Assembly (NCBI GenBank): GCA_965113315.1 | Contig: OZ220370.1 | Strand: one strand, 5' to 3' | Length of the DNA: 64,000 nucleotides | Source: Podarcis vaucheri | Lineage: Eukaryota | Shown: one piece after another, positions 50,901-64,000 of the stretch | How the letters are laid out: each line of letters begins with the position of its first letter | How positions within the stretch are numbered: position 1 is the stretch's first letter | Program-made: the position numbers and the translations under genes | The notes under the pieces: generated by a model | What the model saw: only the letters and a program-made list of their open reading frames with translations | What the model was told of the DNA's origin: nothing | Database searches by the model: none

Positions 50901-51493
50901 TCAACATCTCATAAAACATTTCATGTAGTTCTAATTTACCTATGTCATTATTGCTCCCTGGAAACCAATAATCATGTCTGGAAATCATTCTCTATATTCA
51001 TTTCTATCTATCAGATTACTTTATTCAATAAGTTTTAAATATGCTTTCCCCCAAATAATTCCAAATAATGTTCCCATGCCTTTTAAAGAATCTCTTTCAT
51101 TTAATGTTAAGCTTTCAAGGATCATCATTTGTTTAGTTTAAAATTTTATATTTAATTTCTTCAGTTTTAATTAAGTCATATGGAACAGTTAAAAAACTTT
51201 AATCGGGTGCATATAAAAATTTGCTTTGCTTATGAACATCTTTGATTTATTTATCTTTTTGTGTATATACTAGACAGTATCGTAGAATAATTATGGAATA
51301 TTAAAGAAAGTCAAACTATCAAGATACTAGAGTAGATCATTAATGGAGATCAATGATAACATCTAGAGTAAAGTTTTAATATGACTACAGAGGTTAATTT
51401 GTTTTAATACTCTCAATATGTCCATACAATATTATATGTGCAACAAACAAGTTAAATCAGTATCCACATATGAGTACAAAAGTGAGAAATACT

Positions 51494-51614
51494 GGGTTGT
51501 ATCCAATGTTAGTCCTATTCAGTGTTGACCCATTGAAATTAATGGGCTTGACTAACTTAGGCCCATTAATTTTAATGGGTCTACTTTGAATATAGCATAG
51601 ATGGATTCAACCCA
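51494..51614. mobile_element. Palindromic MITE; related family pieces at ~22140-22203, 35112-35239, 37303-37362, 51625-51718, 53458-53530
   Basis: TGGGTTGTATCCA...TGGATTCAACCCA ends, internal gacccattgaaattaatggg / cccattaattttaatgggtc; the 35112 copy has GGACACAATCCA / TGGATTGTGTCC. Confidence 0.7.
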
Positions 51615-53907
51615 TAGTTCCATAACACTGCAAGCCCATACATATCTACTCTGTAGGAAGTCCCATTTAGTTCAGTGGGCTTTACTCCCAGGTAAGCAGG
51701 TGTAGGATTGCAGCCTTAATGACTACAGAATAAGGTCAGACTATGTCTGTTCTGTGCATTTTTTGCTTAAAGGAAAAAGATAGCTTCCAGCTGCAGAAGT
51801 ATCAGCATCCCTGACACCTGTAAACATTCAGTGGTCAGAACACCACTACATATCCTTCAAATGATATGGACCAGTGAAGCTGGAAGGTATCTGCACTGAA
51901 CCAAACAGCCTGGTATCTCAGCAATCCACCACAACACAAACCCCATCATGTCCCAGGTGGTGTGCAGAATTGAGGCTGAAGTAGGTAATGTAGTCTGTAT
52001 TTCGAAAGCCAAAATATTATCCTAGAGACAGTTGCCAGACATGTTACTGTTAAGGCCTCAAATGTACTTTTATATTTCTTAGTGCTCCTGTTACATTTTT
52101 TCCTAATACTTGATACTAAGATACACTATAGTGTAGCTAGATATTTTACAAAGCCTCTCTAGAAACAAAGAAAGCCAGAAGCTCTGCAGCTATCATCTGC
52201 TAAAGTTAAATGTTTAAGTTAAACATGGAGTTTTTGTTAAGTTCTGAACAGGGAAATAAAACACCATAATATGCAAAACACTATGGATCCCACAACGCTC
52301 TTTTCCATCATGCCACTTTAATAACAATTCACTGTTAACCATATATTAAAAAGACAAAATAAAAGTTTTGTGACATGTGCAGACTTTCAGTTTAATACTG
52401 TATTAATAATAATACATACAACAAAAAGAGGCATAGCTACACACAAAAATGTAATATTAAACACTTCCCATCTCTTTCATTTCCCATAGTAGCAATTTAA
52501 AAGATTTTTATTATGGATTTTGCCCTTTCTTTTCAACATTATGGTTCATTCATTCATTTAACAGGAAAATATATATGATGTCACAAACACAAACAGTATG
52601 ACATCATGACTATTCCTGGGCAATACCATACCTGCATTTTATCAACGACAGTATTATAAGTAAGCATAGAAAGTACTTTAAGAGCTAGATGTAAACCCAG
52701 ACATCTGCACTGTATTTGGATTGTTTTATAAAACAGGTGAAACATTAAACTGGGAATAATGTGAAGCATGTTAATGATTAACACATTTTAAGTTGTACTT
52801 TTTGCTGTTAAATATAACTTGTACGTTGCATTGTAGTATCATGGGAACAGAGCATTATATCAGAAAGAATTGTGGTAACTTCCACAGTAGAAAGATGAGG
52901 AGCTGGCAAGATACTATCCCTGTAGAAAGGGCCCAAGGAGATCATAATGGGATTTAAAACTGATGCTACTAAGCCATGGCTGTTTGCCCATCCAATTTTC
53001 TCCCCATATTGTATTTTAAGAGACATCTCTTAAATTATCCAGCACATTCCACTTTCCCTTGACACCAGTCTTGCTTGCTGTGCCCTGCACCTCTAACAAG
53101 TACTGTAGTTCAGTGACTGGGCAGCTTAACACTTAAGGAGAACATCACAACCTGTTACTGAAGTTTTCCTTTCCTTTTTCAAAACTGTGTTCTCCTTTTG
53201 TCCTCCCCTCCCCTAAATCAAACAAATTTAAATAAATTTAAAAAGTACTTTGCTTTCTTCAAAACACCTCACCATGGGCTGTATCAACAAAGCATCTTCC
53301 AGAAAAGTGTGGGTGCAATTCCTCATACATTTTGACAGGACTCGAACAGGGCAAGCTATTTGCTCGAACTTTCCCTACAGCCCGAACTTTCATCCAAGTG
53401 GGACTGACCTGTATCCTTTATCACAAGCTCACTCACAAGAGCACAAGCAGAAATCTACAGCACAATCCTATATAGGTCTACTGAGTAATAAGTCCCCATG
53501 TAACTTCCTTCCACATAAGGGTTCAGCTTTAGTTGTGTGCAAACTTTCTGCACGTGTTATTGATGCAGTAGGAAGTGACTATCCAAAACAGCTGCATCAT
53601 CTTTAAAGGGCCCTAAATATCTAAGCCATGGCTCCTTTTTGAGCCATGATATCCCTGTGGCTGTTGCTATAGTGTCCCCCCCCCCCAATATATATTTCCT
53701 CTCTATTTTCATCCAGTGCCTATGGGAGGGTGTGTTCAAGCCACCGCCTCAGCCAGGCGCTGTCCCTGTTTTGCTCACAGCTCTGTAGTGCTGAAGTCAA
53801 CTTTTGAACCTCAAGTTTCATGTACACACGCAGCTAACCCAATGCAAAGTATGAGGCTTTATCTGAGTTGGACCCCCCGCCCGCCCGCTTCGCCTTCTCT
53901 TACTTAC

Positions 53908-54896
53908 CTGCTGGCCAGGCTCTGCCTGCAGTGCTGCCTGAAGGGCATCAGGTGGTAGTTCATGGCGTCCAGAAGCAGCTTCTGGCAGACGGGGTCGGTC
54001 CGCATGAAATCCACCGACTGGACCCGCTCGACGAGCTCCGGGGCCGGGATGAGCGCGAAGCGCAGGCGCTTCATGAGGTCCGGCGCGTACTGCATGNNNN
54101 NNNNNNNNNNNNNNNNNNNNNNNNNNNNNNNNNNNNNNNNNNNNNNNNNNNNNNNNNNNNNNNNNNNNNNNNNNNNNNNNNNNNNNNNNNNNNNNNNNNN
54201 NNNNNNNNNNNNNNNNNNNNNNNNNNNNNNNNNNNNNNNNNNNNNNNNNNNNNNNNNNNNNNNNNNNNGCAAGGCGGCGATCTTGCACACCTGCTTGTAG
54301 TTCTGCACCGAGATCTGGTCGTTGAGGAACTGCACGCACAGCTTGGTGACCTGCGGGATGTGCAGGATCTTGCTGACCGACAGCACCTCCTCCACCGTGT
54401 CCAGGGACAGGGTCACGTTGGCCGTGTACAGGTACTCGAGCACCAGGCGCAGTCCGATCGACGAGCAGCCCTGCAGCACCAGGTTGTTGATGGCCCGCGG
54501 GCTGGCCAGCAGCTTGTCCTCCGGGGACGAGGAGGGCGTGCCGCCGGACTCTTCCTGCTGCTGCTGCTGCTGCTGCTGCTCTTTGGAGGTTAGGCCGTCC
54601 TGAGCACCTGGTCCGACGCCCAGCGGGTGGTGGTGGTGGTGGNNNNNNNNNNNNNNNNNNNNNNNNNNNNNNNNNNNNNNNNNNNNNNNNNNNNNNNNNN
54701 NNNNNNNNNNNNNNNNNNNNNNNNNNNNNNNNNNNNNNNNNNNNNNNNNNNNNNNNNNNNNNNNNNNNNNNNNNNNNNNNNNNNNNNNNNTCACGTCGCA
54801 GAAGAGCTGCTTCCTCCACAGCAGGTTGAGGCCGTGGAGCAGGTTGTCGCTATGGCTCGGGTCGAAGGTAGACGTTCGGTCCCCGGACCTGGACAT
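53908..54896 (-). CDS. KLHL14: KLHL14 first coding exon (BTB + BACK; two internal N-gaps)
   Basis: Translation MSRSGDRTSTFDPSHSDNLLHGLNLLWRKQLFCDV...AINNLVLQGCSSIGLRLVLEYLYTANVTLSLDTVEEVLSVSKILHIPQV...MPFRQHCRQSLASR matches recalled vertebrate KLHL14. Start context cccgccATG; donor CAG|GTAAGT at 53908/53907; likely acceptor CAG| at 54940/54939, giving 43 nt of 5'UTR in this exon. Confidence 0.97.
54555..54578 (-). repeat. KLHL14: Coding (CAG)8 polyglutamine tract in KLHL14
   Basis: Eight uninterrupted CAG codons (KE-Q8-EES). Confidence 0.95.
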
Positions 54897-56500
54897 GGCG
54901 GGCAACCTCAGCGCACCGGACTGGGAAGCCTCCTCCGACCTGGGCAAAGAGGGGGCAAGGCGGGGTGGGGTGGGGTGGGGTGAGGAGACGAGTGGTTGAG
55001 AGGCTGGGGCTGAAGGGGGCCACACAAGAACAAACGCGGAGCTTTCACAGGCCTGGCGCGTCCATCCTTAGCGCAAGCAGCGAGACGCGTCCTGCTCAGC
55101 CGCCCCCGCCGCCGCCGCCGCCACGGCGGGCTTGGGGCTGCTTAAAACTCTCGGTGTGCTGCCCTCCCCCCGCCATGGGGCTGGGGCTTTCATCTCCAGC
55201 AAGCGCTGCTGCTTCCCTCCCCAAATGGCGGGGTGGGGGGGTGGGGGTGGGACACGGCTCGCGGGCAACTACTTTCTTTCAGCCCGGGAGGAGCGGAGGA
55301 GGCGCGCGCGCCACTTGCGCGCCACACTGCTGCTGCTGCTGCTGCTCCCTTCGCAGGAGGCGGGAAAGGAAGGTGGGGTAGAGTTTGGGCTTGTACGGCA
55401 AGCGGCGGAAACTCTCCGAGAAACTATCGAGACGAAAGAGAGGGCGGGTGGAAAAACCACGCAGCCCCCTTGCCAAAGTCGAGGGCGGCCAGGCCGCTCT
55501 TTCAGACAGCCTGCCTGAAGATGCCCCTGTCGGATGCCCCTCCCCTTCCCCAAACTGCGCCTTTCCCGCCTTCGCGAGGGACGGCGTCTGCAGAACCGCC
55601 AGACGCTTCGCCTTGAAGCAGCACCGCGAGGGGGGGGGGGAGAGGAAGGAATGTCCTCGTCTGAGGGAGAGGAGGAGGAGAGGAGAGGGGGCAGCGGTGT
55701 GCACCCAAGTCCGGCCGCCCCTCGCTGCGCGTGCTGCACTGCACTGGGCAAAGCGGGGAGAGAGGCAGGCCGGGCCGAGTCCCCCCGCGGTCTGGCGTTG
55801 ATTCTGCGCGGGTTGCTTTTCCTGTGGGCGGAAGGCGGCGCCGCTTTAACTCCGGCAACTCTGGGAAGTTCGAGTGGGGAGGTGGGTGGATGTGGAGGGG
55901 GGAGAGAGAGAGACTGGGGGGCATGAGGGAAGGAGAAGGAAGAGGCGAGCGGGCGGGGAAAAGTGCCCCTGCGCCGCCAGGAGCCGGAGCTCCCCAAGCC
56001 AAAGTCGCCTGGACTCTGAGGGCGGCGGTGGCGGCGGCTGAGGGGAATCAATACACCGAGCCTTAACCTGGGAGTTGCACCTGCTGGCGCTGAGGGGAAA
56101 GAGACCCGCGCTGGCCGTCGCCCGCCTCCGGCAGAGCCGAGCCCTCCGCGGCAACAGCCAGCGCCGCCGCCGCCGCCACGGCTTCTCTGCGGGATCCCGG
56201 CGAGGGCTGCTACTTCCATTGTAGCTTCCCCTTCTGGTGGGCAGCGCTTGCCGTCTTCGCCTGTGGCCAGGTGGCAGGCAGGGAGGTCCCCTTCCCCGGT
56301 CACTTCCCTTGCCTCCCAACAGAGCCTCTCCCTTTAAGTGGACCCGGTCATTCCTCCCCCCCCACCCACACCTCTCATCCGCCCTCCCCTTCTTTCTTCC
56401 CCCTTTGACCATTTCTTGCAATCGGAGTTTATTCTCCAAAGACGTGCGTGTAACACAAGTGCCCCCCCCGATCGCCACATACTTCTAAGCCCACGGAAAC

Positions 56501-56510
<10 letters not shown>

Positions 56511-56543
<33 letters not shown>

Positions 56544-56591
56544 CCCGTTTTCACGACAATAAACAAGCCACGAGAGAGAGAGAGAGAGAGA
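56511..56591. repeat. (CA)n and (GA)n microsatellites near the intron 1 donor
   Basis: Read directly. Confidence 0.95.
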
Positions 56592-56630
56592 AAATACTCA
56601 AGACGGATAGACCGAAGGCCAGAAACTTAC

Positions 56631-56677
56631 CTGCTCCACAACCAGCTGCCAAAGTAAAGGTTCACTTAAGCTCCCCC
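56631..56677 (-). other. KLHL14: Probable 3' end of KLHL14 non-coding first exon
   Basis: Consensus donor CAG|GTAAGT at 56631/56630 at the upstream edge of the CpG island; upstream part lost in the N-gap. Inferred, no transcript evidence. Confidence 0.6.
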
Positions 56678-59419
56678 NNNNNNNNNNNNNNNNNNNNNNN
56701 NNNNNNNNNNNNNNNNNNNNNNNNNNNNNNNNNNNNNNNNNNNNNNNNNNNNNNNNNNNNNNNNNNNNNNNNNNNNNNNNNNNNNNNNNNNNNNNNNNNN
56801 NNNNNNNNNNNNNNNNNNNNNNNNNNNNNNNNNNNNNNNNNNNNNNNNNNNNNNNNNNNNNNNNNNNNNNNNNNNNNNNNNNNNNNNNNNNNNNNNNNNN
56901 NNNNNNNNNNNNNNNNNNNNNNNNNNNNNNNNNNNNNNNNNNNNNNNNNNNNNNNNNNNNNNNNNNNNNNNNNNNNNNNNNNNNNNNNNNNNNNNNNNNN
57001 NNNNNNNNNNNNNNNNNNNNNNNNNNNNNNNNNNNNNNNNNNNNNNNNNNNNNNNNNNNNNNNNNNNNNNNNNNNNNNNNNNNNNNNNNNNNNNNNNNNN
57101 NNNNNNNNNNNNNNNNNNNNNNNNNNNNNNNNNNNNNNNNNNNNNNNNNNNNNNNNNNNNNNNNNNNNNNNNNNNNNNNNNNNNNNNNNNNNNNNNNNNN
57201 NNNNNNNNNNNNNNNNNNNNNNNNNNNNNNNNNNNNNNNNNNNNNNNNNNNNNNNNNNNNNNNNNNNNNNNNNNNNNNNNNNNNNNNNNNNNNNNNNNNN
57301 NNNNNNNNNNNNNNNNNNNNNNNNNNNNNNNNNNNNNNNNNNNNNNNNNNNNNNNNNNNNNNNNNNNNNNNNNNNNNNNNNNNNNNNNNNNNNNNNNNNN
57401 NNNNNNNNNNNNNNNNNNNNNNNNNNNNNNNNNNNNNNNNNNNNNNNNNNNNNNNNNNNNNNNNNNNNNNNNNNNNNNNNNNNNNNNNNNCAATATGCAA
57501 ACTTTTGTGTCTGCACAGAATGGTGTTGGATTCATACTGCACTATATTTGTTTTCTGCCTCCCCTCCCCTCCCTAGCTGCCCCATGTGATGGAAATGTCT
57601 GGTCTCAGTACAAGAGATATTGTCACCCCCCAACCCTCTGTTATTAGTTTGACAGGGTACACCCTCCATTCATGCATATGTGAAGGAGAGAGATGAAGAA
57701 GCAGAGGTAAAGTGAGGCTAGTGCATAATATTAGTACTATAGCTGTTGCTTTTTCTTTGATTCATCTGCACCACCTACAATTTATGCTCTTGTTTGGAAG
57801 CATATTTTCTCTGTCATTTTGTCTGGTTAGACAACTGTCTCTGTACTTCACTGTCAGCTCCTCAGCAGAGAAAAGGTTCAGAAGTCACTTTTTATTGTCA
57901 GATTAGCATATTGCCAGATTCGCCTTCCAGTTTAGAGACTTTGCAGTGCAGAAGCCTAACCCAAACCGCAGGAAAACAACTACCTACTCTTTAGCAAGCA
58001 GAGCCTTTCCACTTTTTGCCTGATCTAGAGATACTTATGAACTTGCACCACTCATTTCCTAGGGCGAGGTAGGAGGTGGTGGTGGTTTGGTGCAGGTTTT
58101 GTGGGTGCTTTATTAAATTGAGTCATAGGACTTTGAAGAAATTTTGGTGTATTCCTCCCACCAACAGGCACTGGAGTAGTGGACAAATTGTCCACACTTT
58201 ATCCTGTGATATATTACATCCTCACTTTTATAGCTCTGTTCTTCTGTTGTCAAATCTCCAAATGCCCAAAAAGGAATATATGACCTTGAATAAAAATCCC
58301 ATTAAAGGAGACTTGAGGAGAAGCACTTCACAGAAAGTTGGAGCTGGGATAAAATCTTAAGATTCCCAACTAATAAGGCTCTAGTAATTAAAATGCATGC
58401 CAGGGGGTTTATCTGGAACACTAGCCCTTATTTTCTTCCTTCTTAGTTTACAAAAGAATGCAAAAACATCTGCTGATGGAAGGAAACCAGCTGGAAATCA
58501 AATTTTACAGGAAATGGGGAGACCCACTTTGCAGTGCAGCAACTGATATCATAAAGAAAATGAAGGTGCCAAATGATTCAGATTAATTTACACTTTTTGC
58601 AATGTAATTTATACAAGAGTACATTTTCTTAATGTAGCATTACGTGTCTTGGCATATTGCATTGACAGGCTAAGGGCATAGTCTGCATTGGACAGGGGAG
58701 TATTCAGTGCACCCTGTCCTCACAAACCACCTAGTGACCCCACACTGATACACCAGAGACCTTTATAGAAGAGCGCAGCTAGCAGAAAGATGGAGATAAC
58801 CCCATGCAAAATGATCAGTTTTGTGTTACTGAATGTTTGGTGTGTGCTAAAGATGTGCCAAAACAGGAGCACAGAATGCTCGTTTACACACACATACACA
58901 TCAATAGCAACAGCTGTGGAATGTTACTAAGGCCCTTGGGAATAGCAGTTTTTCTGTCATTCCATTGCTGTTGAACTTTACTGTATTACTTTCTTTTATA
59001 GCTGTAAATAACCCCTGAAGGCCATTTTGCATTATATTACATTAAATAATTAAATAACAAATTATGTGTCACACAATCTTATACTGCCTTAAGTTGTGAA
59101 GAGGTCCCTCTGGAAGTTCTGTCAGACGTAGCAATTTTTCATTGCATTCTTGGTGCTGAGAAATGAGAGTTCCCTATTCATTAATGGAAAATAGTTGTTT
59201 TGTTTGCTATCCAGATTGATCCCCAAAGTTAGGTTTTATGTCCATATGCCAACGAATGATGCGTGTTCAGTGTCACTGCAAAAGTAAACATGATGTGGCC
59301 TGAAGTGCAAAGTTTACCCTCCACACTTTGATCACCATCGTTCCTTTTGGGGGCAATGTTATATGAAGCAACCACTGTGGGTTCATTAAAATCCCATGGA
59401 GTTTTATTTATGGACCTGA

Positions 59420-59834
59420 TATAAATAATAATATAATAATAATTTATTATTTCTACCCTGCCCATCTGGCTGGGTTTCCCCAGCCACTCTGGGCGGCTTC
59501 CAACAGAAGGTTAAAAATATATTAAAACATCAGTCATTAAAAACTTCCCTAAACAGGGCTGCCTTCAGATGTCTTCTAAATGTCATATAGTTGTTTATTT
59601 CTTTGACATCTGATGGAAGGGCGTTCCACAGGGCAGGCACCACTACCGAGAAGGCCCTCTGCCTGGTTCCCTGTAACTTCGCTTCTCGCAGTGAGGGAAC
59701 CGCCAGAAGGTCCTCGGCACTGGATCTCAGTGTCTGGGTTGGACGATGCGGGTGGAGACACTCCTTCAGGTATACTGCCGAGGCTGTTTAGGGCTTTAAA
59801 TGTCAGCACCAACACTTTGAATTGTGCTCGGAAA
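59420..59834 (-). mobile_element. L2-clade LINE 3' fragment (same family)
   Basis: Reverse complement matches 46640-47000 (FRAQFKVLVLTFKALN..., gccgcccagagtggctggggaaacccagccagatgggc). Confidence 0.9.
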
Positions 59835-61372
59835 TGTACTATCAAGAAGGGTTTCAGAACCAATAGAGCCCCTCACTCACATATATAGGTTCTCCACGCT
59901 TACTACTTGTCTGTTTGCTTTCAGCTGTAGAGTAGTCCCCCCCCAAAGATAGCAATTTCATAAATAGAACGTCAACAATGAATTTCACCCTTCCACTTTA
60001 AAAACAAAACAAAAACACACACCCATGACATACTTTGTGCAAAACAGAGTTACAGGTTCATGAGCTCTCTATCTTATATGTTTAACAATCTGGGAGTTAT
60101 GGCAGGGCTATATAGTGAGGTACACATTTAATAAATAATAACATGTTTCTAGTGAAACATCATAAATCTAATATCATGCCAAACATGTTGCATAAAGATG
60201 TATATTTTACATATGAGTACCAATCAGAAAAATTGGTTCACAAGTTTCTGTAACCCCAAACTTTGCCTAAAGCTTGCTAACAGGAGAATGGTTGGTTTTC
60301 TCCAATTCTTTGTTCCCACTGTAGCCCATGTGTCCTGGAAAATCCTGGCTCAGAGAGACCAACCATAACAGCAATAAAGTGGAACAGAGGGCTGCAGGGG
60401 CAAAGTGGAATTGGAACACAATCTTCTCTAGTTCTTGTACATTAGAGGACACCTCTATTGGAACACCCCAAATTTGTCTTCAAATAGAAAGATAGCAGTA
60501 GATTAATTTTAGCACAACTTGTCCAGGGTGCAGAAATCTGTTCCTGTGTTTGGTCTATTCAACTGAGCACTATCAGCAGTTTTAATCTCTGCTGCTTTTA
60601 CATTTTAGGTGGAAGACAAAGTATAACAAGTAGCATTCAGTATGGGGAATGTGTAAATGTATTTTTGTGATAGCAAATTTATATATAAACATAATACCGA
60701 AATACAAATACATGCTGAGTGAAGGGTTCTCAGCAACTGTCCATCAAATAGTTTGTATCAGTTAGACAATTTTTTTCTTTCGACTTCTAGATCCCAACTT
60801 TTTCCTGACCACCAGTGCAAATGACCAGATATCAAATGGGTTCAGTAGAAATTAAAGGAATTATTCTCTTCTGTTTTACTACAGGCAGTATCACATTTGT
60901 GAGAGCTGTTGACCAAGAGTAGAGTGGAGTGTATACTTTACATTCAGAAGATTACATATGCCATATCTATGTTTATCCAGGTATTGCTGGGAAAGGCTCC
61001 TGTTTGAAGCCTTGGAAAACTATGTTCACAGTCAGTATAGATGATACTGGATGGACCAGTTCTCTGGCTCAGTGTGAGGCACCTTCATAGGTTTCTGGGC
61101 TGTTTTTCTTCTAGAGATATAGGGCATATTTGCACAGTATGTGGAAGAGAGCACCTTTGGACTCCTAATTAGAAAGACACAAAATATGGAAGTGATGTTT
61201 CACCTATTTATGGGGAGTTGAGAGCAGTAAAAGCTGGTCCCTTGACAGAGAAGGAGTAGTGATGAGTTGTGCTCCATCCCTGATGTCACTGGTCTCTATG
61301 ACTTGGAAGAGTTGGAAAAAAATTATGCAGGTTCCTGCTTGCTGGCTCATTCTCACTATCCTTCTCCTCACA

Positions 61373-61582
61373 TTAGGAGCTTGATCTGACTAGTCCCTCC
61401 AGCTCTTCAAAAGTCAATACCTGTTGGCCCTCAATTAACTTTTCCACTTCTTTCTGGATGGGATCAACAAAGCCATCACCACCCACTTGCCTGGCCATCT
61501 GCACAATGTCCTCCACCTCAGTGGCAATGTTTGGAAATCTCTTGAAATCGTGCACACATATTCCTTCCACAAGTTCTGCCAT
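61373..61582 (-). mobile_element. Tigger/pogo transposase C-terminal fragment
   Basis: VHDFKRFP...EDIVQMARQVGGDGF.D....EVEKLIE...LTFEELEGL resembles the Tigger transposase tail. Confidence 0.7.
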
Positions 61583-62388
61583 TTACGAACACCTGAAATC
61601 TATTAATTTCTTTGTTTCGAATAAAAGACGGCAACAGCATGCTGAGCTAGATACTACTTACTCAGGGCCAAGCCATGGGTGATGCAGCAGGTTCATGATG
61701 GAATTGTCTTGCATTGTGTCATTAATTTCTTAAAAAAAAAAAAAAACAGGTTCAGGGAGTTCAAAATTGATCCCTTCTTCATTTATCCAATCTTAATGAC
61801 ACATATCACAAGATTCCACTAGCTCTACATGGGGGTAGGGTGTTTTTAAAAAATCAAAACATATCTCCACTTATGTATGGCTTATTCCTTTGCACTATCT
61901 TGATTTGACCCCTCTTGGAGTTTTTTCCCCACCCCAAATTGCCGAGGAAAATAAAATGTTTGCTTTATGGAGGGTTTTCCCCCTAGTTCTTACCATTGCA
62001 GGAAATCACACAAGCAGAGAGGAAGTTATCTTCTTTTTTTATGCTGAAGCACTCGACTTTCATGGGATTCTTTAAAAAGCTAAATTACATAAAGAAACTG
62101 TGGGGGAACTGAACGCCTTAGGCAGTTGATAATGGTTTATGGAACCTTTCATGTTCCAATCATCAGTTGAAATCGGACTTAGGTCAGAAGAGACTGAAAA
62201 TAATTACCGTCCTATGGCAGCTGTGAGCTTGGATGTGATGAATTGGTGGCTTCAATAGCTGTACTTCACATTACAAAGACAACTTCAAAACAAACCACTA
62301 CTGTAATTTGTACTAATAGTTGATGTCCACTTGCCATTCCAAACTGAGGAACCACTTACTTATCCACTATATATTTTGGAAAATGGTT

Positions 62389-62420
62389 TGTCTGTCTGTC
62401 TGTCTGTCTGTCTATCTGTC
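62389..62420. repeat. (TCTG)n microsatellite
   Basis: Read directly. Confidence 0.9.
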
Positions 62421-63430
62421 CGTTCTCTGTGCTTTCAAATGCTTCTAGAGATATTGTTCCCCAATCTGACATGATTGTTCTCGAGGTAGAGACAGTTTTC
62501 ATCCACATTTGGACACCATCAGATGCAATTTTGAATCAAGATGTCAGACCAAAATGTTGCAAAACACCACACCAAATTCCCACTTGAGGGTAAGGCCTGT
62601 TACAGTGAGGTGGTGAAGGCAGGGCCACATTGCACAACCACCGTCAAGGCAACAAGTATCACTGCCATTTATGGAGAGGGTAAATTAATTTAAAACAAAT
62701 TTTAATTCATCAATTGAAACACAGAACAAGGGTCAGCTATCGTAGCTTACCAGGGGCTCCAAAAGCCTGTTTTTGCTGCTTTTGTGGTACTGCAAAAACA
62801 GGGTATGTCAAGTGTCTAAAAGACCCTGGTTGTTAGACTGTGGTTGGATTGCTGGGTCTCAATTTCTGTAGACCTGTTTTAAACTTTCATGGCTTGGTGA
62901 TACCCTGTGGCAATAAGTTCCTTGGTCTAAAATAAGTATAATAAAAATGTTTCCACCATGATGTTTACATGGCTTATAATGGAGGTGAGGGGATCATGGT
63001 TAATATCTTCATCTTGATTACGTCCTTCTAAAAGAGTAATGAAGAATGTCAATCTTCAGGATTGCTAACTGCTATGATTAAGAAAAGTCAGCATTAAGGC
63101 ACAGTATTATTAATTTGGTAGTTTTCTTAAGCACATCACATCTTTCAGCCTCTAATACCATCTTGTTGCTAAAATTCAACATTAAATTAAGCATGTTAAA
63201 GAACTGAGGACTGACACTGGGACAAAGTCCACATATATTAACCATGCAGGACAGATGTAAGCAAAAATGGGTGGTTTGTATGCATTTTGTAATGGAATAT
63301 AAGGGATAGAAGCAATCTTTGTGGGAGGTGGATGAATTCACCACTAGTAAATTTGACCCATTGATGAACTTTATGCTGATAATATAACAAAAGGACAGGG
63401 TGTAGAAAACAAGATCCATCTGCTGTGAAA

Positions 63431-63467
63431 TTCCTTCCTTCCTTCCTTCATTCCTTCCTTCCTTCCT
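63431..63467. repeat. (TTCC)n microsatellite
   Basis: Read directly. Confidence 0.9.
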
Positions 63468-64000
63468 GTCTTTCTTTTTAAAATGGCTGTAATTTAGGTA
63501 TATGAATGTGCAAAATATATCTGAAATAATAAAAAATGTTGGATTTCTGCTGTTGCATAATAAATGCACAATGAAAATATGCATTTATTTCATTTTAATT
63601 TATTTAAATCTTATATCTTATGTTCTTCCATCATGAAACTTTAAGGAGACATACACAGGGTTTCCAGGAACTGACTAGACATAGGCTTACTTAGCTTCAG
63701 CAATGTTGCTATTGCACTCTATTATTGTTAATACCACCACTACTACTTACTAGTCTTTTTTACTTACAAATATAACTCAGAGTGATTTACAGCCACAAAT
63801 AAATAACACATACATTAAAATATGACTTCAGAACATACTCTGGGACCATAGATAGAAAGATAAGAGTGCTTCTCTTTCCATTGGTTGTGTTGATGTGATA
63901 TAAGAGGTATGTTAAGTTTAATCATTCCATTTACAATAAGGATGGGATACCTGTAGCAAAATGTTGCTGAACTCTGCATCATCCCTGACCATTGCCCATG

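Larger units (their letters stand above)
53870..56560. promoter_or_regulatory. CpG island over KLHL14 5' end (intron 1 and first coding exon)
   Basis: Abrupt switch from AT-rich, CpG-poor sequence to very GC-rich, CpG-dense sequence with (GCC)n runs and GC-box-like motifs. Confidence 0.88.

Noticed and set aside
53868-54603. Long + strand ORFs antisense to the first coding exon
   Set aside because: Expected shadow of GC-biased codon usage and inflated by N-runs; no independent protein signature.
54897-55025. In-frame N-terminal extension (MWPPSAP...) of KLHL14
   Set aside because: Starts at a non-ATG codon and crosses a good splice acceptor at 54940; the ATG at 54896 has good Kozak context and matches the known N-terminus.
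54965-56562. Many overlapping 110-344 aa ORFs
   Set aside because: Low-complexity Arg/Gly/Pro/Ala translations typical of stop-poor CpG islands.
56598-57542. ORFs of ~300 aa (also at 20219-20625, 36235-36591, 43048-43399)
   Set aside because: Artefacts of translating N-gaps.

Overview
Vertebrate genomic DNA. The repeat content (BovB, Squam3-like SINE, Penelope, young L2) points to a squamate, probably a lacertid lizard (inference). The window holds almost the whole KLHL14 gene (BTB-BACK-Kelch, Cul3 adaptor family) on the minus strand. I read eight coding exons from the ATG at 54896 down to the window edge, with splice phases joining into one frame; the stop codon lies just off the left end. 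A probable non-coding first exon ends at 56631 inside a CpG island, and the promoter is probably hidden in the 56678-57490 N-gap. The introns contain transposon remnants, MITEs and microsatellites. Most notable: two Penelope-type minimal hammerhead ribozyme motifs (one well formed and sense to the KLHL14 pre-mRNA), a GC-AG 102-nt intron, a near-perfect 55-bp-arm palindrome, a degenerate foldback element, an hAT MITE with TTAGGG repeats, and exact-length N-gaps implying an expanded His-rich insert in the BTB domain. No prokaryotic-type system or CRISPR array is present, and I cannot claim a wholly new system. Comparisons to human KLHL14 and repeat families are from memory, not from a search.
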